Positions 60,504 through 64,000 of a stretch of DNA of 64,000 bases are shown one piece after another. Below the pieces are notes generated by a model. That model had not been told where the DNA came from, ran no database searches, and worked only from the letters and a program-made list of their open reading frames with translations. How positions within the stretch are numbered: the stretch's first letter is position 1; every line of letters begins with the position of its first letter. The DNA is from Acidobacteriota bacterium (GTDB lineage: Bacteria; Acidobacteriota; UBA890; WLXD01), in NCBI GenBank assembly GCA_965248695.1, contig CBDFKD010000002.1, positions 3,616,001-3,680,000 on the forward strand, written 5' to 3'. The translations under genes and the position numbers were made by a program.

Positions 60504-60550
60504 GCTGATTCGTAATCAGCAGGTCCGCGGTTCGAATCCGCGCGCCGGCT
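60504..60550 (+). pseudogene. 3' half of tRNA-Thr(CGT), att-like remnant
   Basis: GCTGA-TTCGTAA-TCAGC anticodon arm, CGCGG-TTCGAAT-CCGCG T arm, CGCCGGCT acceptor 3' strand; no D arm or 5' strand. Confidence 0.8.
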
Positions 60551-60845
60551 CTTTAATTTTGCGGATGACCGAGATCCAGAGTCACGCAGGAGTCATGCCC
60601 GGGTCGGTCTGGGGTCACGAGCTCGCCATCCCACATCCCCGCCGGAAGCCGCATCGTGCCACCCCACGTGGCCGCTGATTCGAGCGGCCGCGAGACGACC
60701 CCCGCCGACCGAGAACCGTGGCTCTGCGTCGTCTGCGGCTACATGAGATGGTGCGTCGTCGCGACATCCGACGACACCGGAACACAGGCCGACGAAGGGT
60801 CAGGCCTCTTGCCTAGGCCGCATGACTGAGTCTATCCGAGGGGCG

Positions 60846-61606
60846 GGTACTAACCGCGGGGTCAGGTCACTATGGGTACCGGCGGATCACGGCGCTGTTG
60901 GTACGTGAGGGGTGGCGAGTGAATCACAAGAGGGTCGAACGGTTATGGCGTCGTGAGGGGCTGAAGGTACCGAAAAAGCAGCCCAAGCGCGGACGCTGGT
61001 GGCGCAATGATGGATCGTGCGTGCGGCTGCGGCCGGAGAGGAAAGATCACGTCTGGGCCTATGACTTCGTGCACGAACGAACTCACGACGGGCGAGCGTT
61101 TCGTCTACTGACGATCGTGGATGAGTACACGAGAGAGTGCTTGGCAATCGATGTAGCACGCAGGCTCAACTCCGAGAACGTGCTGGAGCGACTCGCTGAG
61201 CTGTTCGTGAACCGGGGTGTTGCCGATCACATCCGCTCCGACAACGGACCGGAGTTCACTTCTCGGGCAGTGCGTGAATGGCTCGAGCGAATCGGTGTGA
61301 AGACGCTGTTCATTGAGCCCGGATCGCCATGGGAAAACGGCTATGTGGAGAGCTTCAACGGCAAGCTCCGAGACGAGCTGCTGAACGGCGAGATCTTCTA
61401 CACGCTCAAGGAGGCGCAGTGCTTGGTGCACCGCTGGCGCCGCCAGTACAACCAGGTGCGGCCCCATAGCTCGTTGGGCTATCGACCGCCTGCACCCGAA
61501 GCGACGTTGTTGCAGCCGGCTACGCTCCGCTTCGCCAGCTCCAACAATCTCTTGCCAGTACCGATTCTATGAGTTACGAAGTGGCCCAAACACTTGGGGC
61601 AGGTCA
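60846..61606 (+). mobile_element. 24-bp IS-A right-end stub joined to the 3' part of IS-B (partial orfB)
   Basis: GGTACTAACCGCGGGGTCAGGTCA, then sequence matching IS-B from CTATGGGTACC through to GGGGCAGGTCA. Confidence 0.9.
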
Positions 61607-61666
61607 CCTTCCTGAGAGCTTCAAATCCTAACTCTCAATCTGGCCCGATTATTGGGGGGCAGGTCA
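61607..61666 (-). mobile_element. 60-bp left-end stub of an IS-B-like element (inverted)
   Basis: Reverse complement TGACCTGCCCCCCAATAATCGGGCCAGATTGAGAGTTAGG, a few mismatches to 23932-23991. Confidence 0.85.
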
Positions 61667-61737
61667 GCTAGCTTTGCTTCTGGAGGCTGCTGAGGTGGCT
61701 GGGGTAGAGCATCGGAAGCGGCAGCACGGCGCCCGTT

Positions 61738-62112
61738 TCATCGTTGGCGGTCGCGGCGCCAAATCCAGCCGTAGATCCCGAGGTTGAGCGCGATCACCAG
61801 CACCCCCAGACCGATTTGGATTTCTCGCGTCAGGCCAGCGGGGTAGAGCACAGGTATCAGATAGTGCTCGATGAAGCTCCCTTCGTATCCGTGCAGGCCG
61901 GCTTGCCGGCGCCACTGGTTCTCCAGCGGCGTGAGGGGACAGATCCAGCCGCCGAGCGAGATGAGAGCACCCCACACAGCACACGGGACATGTGCCCAGG
62001 CGAAGCGGCGCCACCGGAGAACCAGGAGGCCTCCAGCCACCACGATCGTCACGAAGCCGAGGTGGATCAGAACGGTGAGGTCGGCAAGAAGACCGTAGAA
62101 GGAGGCGTCCAT
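61738..62112 (-). CDS. DUF2784-family membrane protein
   Basis: LLADLTVLIHLGF, AWAHVP, WICPLTPLEN, FIEHYL.PVLYP. Confidence 0.85.
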   Translation of the reverse strand: MDASFYGLLADLTVLIHLGFVTIVVAGGLLVLRWRRFAWAHVPCAVWGALISLGGWICPLTPLENQWRRQAGLHGYEGSFIEHYLIPVLYPAGLTREIQIGLGVLVIALNLGIYGWIWRRDRQR

Positions 62113-62125
62113 GCAGTTGCGCGCG

Positions 62126-62204
62126 CTACGGGTCCGTCGGCACGAGCCGGTTCAGCTCGTCGAACCAGTTGGTGACCAGAACCATGTTGCGGATCCCCTG
62201 ATCG
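62126..62204 (-). repeat. Orphan kinase-PD40 C-terminal tail; possible 19-aa mini-ORF MVLVTNWFDELNRLVPTDP
   Basis: Fills the gap between the kinase stop and DUF2784; ATG at 62185 preceded by AGGGGA; stop TAG 62128-62126. Confidence 0.7.
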
Positions 62205-63761
62205 TCAGATCGCGGCGGGTGGCAGATGGAGTTTCCACCAGTCGGCCGCTCGACGGGCGTTCCATCGCGGCTCGGGGCAGCAGGCCACCAGAGCTTCCGC
62301 CAACTCCGCGGCGCTCCGGTAGCGGGCGTCCGGATCCTTCTCCAGGCACCTGAGAATGACGCGCTCGAGCCCGGCAGGAATCTCAGTCTCGAGCCTGTCG
62401 GACGGTGGCACCGGCGAGGTCTTCACGTGATCCACCAGTACGCCGAACGGCGGGCCGTCGAACACCGGCGTTCCGGTCAACAAGTAATAGCCGACGCAGG
62501 CCAGAGCATAGATATCGGCACGGCCGTCCGCCTCGACGCCGTTGAGCACCAGTTCCGGAGCCATGTAGCCAGGGGTCCCTTTGATCTCCCCTTTGAGTGT
62601 GAGTTCAGTTGGTTCCTCTGCGCCAGGCGCCGGCAGCGTTGCGCCCGTCACGAGTCCGAAATCGAGCACCTTGACGAAGTCGTGGGCCGTTCCGAGCCGG
62701 CAGGTAAAGATGTTGGCGGGCTTGATATCTCGATGCGTCATGCCCCGGCCGTGCGCCTCGGCCAACGACTGGCAGGCCTGCTCGAGGAGGTAAATGACGC
62801 GCTCCGCAGCAACAGGTCCGTGCTGCTTGACCAGGTTACTCAGGTCGACGCCGTCGAGATACTCCATCGCGTAATAGAAGGTGCCATCGCCGGCGACGCC
62901 GAAGTCGTATACCTCAACCGTGTGGATCGAGCGTAGGCGAGCCGTGGCCTGGGCCTCGCGCTCGAAGCGGCGCAATACCAGGGCCGCCTTTTCAGGGCTT
63001 TTCTTGTCCACCGCGTCGTCACGAATCAGCTTGATCGCCGCGGGCCGTGCCAGTAGGTTGTGCTCGCCGAGCCAGACCTCACCCATGCCGCCCTGACCGA
63101 TTCTGCGCTTGAGCACGTACCTGAGAGCGATCCGGGTGGTACGTGCGAGCGCCAGGTACTGGTCAATCACGTAGGCAGCCAGGATGGCTAGCACCGCGGC
63201 AACCGCCAATACGATTACCGACTCTGCAACTCGGCCTGGCACAGCGACCTCGCGTAGCCCCGCCGCGCGTTGCGGGCTCGATAGCCACAGGAGCGTCACC
63301 AACGCAGCCGGCGTCAACGCCAGGCCGCCAATCACTCGAGCGTCACGCGGCCATTGGTTGGGTACCGCCGTTCCATACGTGACCATGAGCAGCACGAACT
63401 GCATGAGGGCGAGGTTCCATCGGGACGCCAGCCCTTGAGCGTCGCCGACTGCCAGCAGTTGATCGAACGTCGCGTAGGCGGTCCAAGCCAGGTACGCGGT
63501 CAGCGTGGCGAACACCGCGCGCTCAATCCAGCGGAGTTCATCAACGGAGGGATCGTCCCGGACGAAAAGTGCTGCGACGGCGGCACCAAGAACGAGCACT
63601 ACGAGAAAGAGTCCTGCGGCGCCGCGCGTCGAGCCCGTGGTCAGACCCCAGAGCAGGAAACCCGCCGTGCCCGCCAGCATCAGCGCGCTCACGGTGCCCA
63701 AGAGCATCCGCAGCGGCACCACGTTGGCCAGTTCCTTCGCCTCGTCGCCCAGACCGGGCAA
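62205..63761 (-). CDS. Ser/Thr protein kinase with N-terminal multi-TM domain
   Basis: GQGGMGEVW, AAIK, HRDIKPAN, VLDFG, GTPGYMAPE. Start uncertain: an in-frame ATG at 63884 is separated by a TGA at 63777-63779. Confidence 0.88.
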   Translation of the reverse strand: MPGLGDEAKELANVVPLRMLLGTVSALMLAGTAGFLLWGLTTGSTRGAAGLFLVVLVLGAAVAALFVRDDPSVDELRWIERAVFATLTAYLAWTAYATFDQLLAVGDAQGLASRWNLALMQFVLLMVTYGTAVPNQWPRDARVIGGLALTPAALVTLLWLSSPQRAAGLREVAVPGRVAESVIVLAVAAVLAILAAYVIDQYLALARTTRIALRYVLKRRIGQGGMGEVWLGEHNLLARPAAIKLIRDDAVDKKSPEKAALVLRRFEREAQATARLRSIHTVEVYDFGVAGDGTFYYAMEYLDGVDLSNLVKQHGPVAAERVIYLLEQACQSLAEAHGRGMTHRDIKPANIFTCRLGTAHDFVKVLDFGLVTGATLPAPGAEEPTELTLKGEIKGTPGYMAPELVLNGVEADGRADIYALACVGYYLLTGTPVFDGPPFGVLVDHVKTSPVPPSDRLETEIPAGLERVILRCLEKDPDARYRSAAELAEALVACCPEPRWNARRAADWWKLHLPPAAI

Positions 63762-64000
63762 CAGTCCCGTCTCGGGTCAGAACCAGCACCTACCGTCAGC
63801 CGCGCCCGCGTCGAACGGATCGCTGTCGCCGAGCACGGGAGACCCTATCGGGCCGGTGATGCCTTCATTCTGGGAGTCGCTCATGCGTGCAAGAGTGTCA
63901 CCGCTGTCGGCGGCGCGAAAGCGGCCACGCGCTGGCCGTGGCCGGTGGTCTCATGGCGGCGCGCTGGTACGCCCATACTGCGCCGCGAGCGAGATCGAAG

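Noticed and set aside
60474-60874. 29-bp direct repeats as a mini CRISPR array
   Set aside because: Only two copies, a 343-bp spacer, IS-derived sequence, and no cas genes.
63777-63884. In-frame TGA upstream of the TM kinase as selenocysteine
   Set aside because: Low-complexity non-catalytic context and no evident SECIS; more likely a downstream start or another lesion.

Overview
High-GC bacterial chromosome segment. It is probably Acidobacteriota, inferred from several Ser/Thr kinase-PD40 paralogs ending in NWFxELxRLVP. There are three zones. (1) 1-25.5 kb is an accessory zone: secreted/Tat hydrolases and a spermidine-dehydrogenase-like flavoprotein, a 926-aa internally duplicated secreted protein, an argC-argD-argB cassette between two IS5 remnants, a LicD-cytidylyltransferase pair, and IS3/IS256 elements among gene fragments. 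(2) 25.9-53.9 kb is a core-like block: ino1, uppS, nucleotide transporter, hemW, UvrD-like helicase and YceI, then an ~18-kb surface-glycan cluster. That cluster has an O-antigen-ligase/TPR protein, four GT4s, two intact and one internally deleted cobalamin-dependent radical SAM enzymes, two methyltransferases, a nucleotidyltransferase and an amidohydrolase, and is followed by tRNA-fMet. (3) 53.9-64 kb holds decayed tRNA-targeted islands with nested IS3 elements and kinase genes. The most striking observation is a 1,710-bp integrative-element remnant inserted in the first 10 codons of a glycosyltransferase. It supplies a recoded replacement 5' end (MRILHVYKDY vs native MRVLHVYRDY) and carries paired TTGGCACCAA arm-type sites. 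Also notable are orphan 5' and 3' end fragments of the kinase-PD40 family bracketing unrelated cargo genes, and many pseudogenising lesions. Family assignments rest on motifs recognised by eye; no database searches were run.
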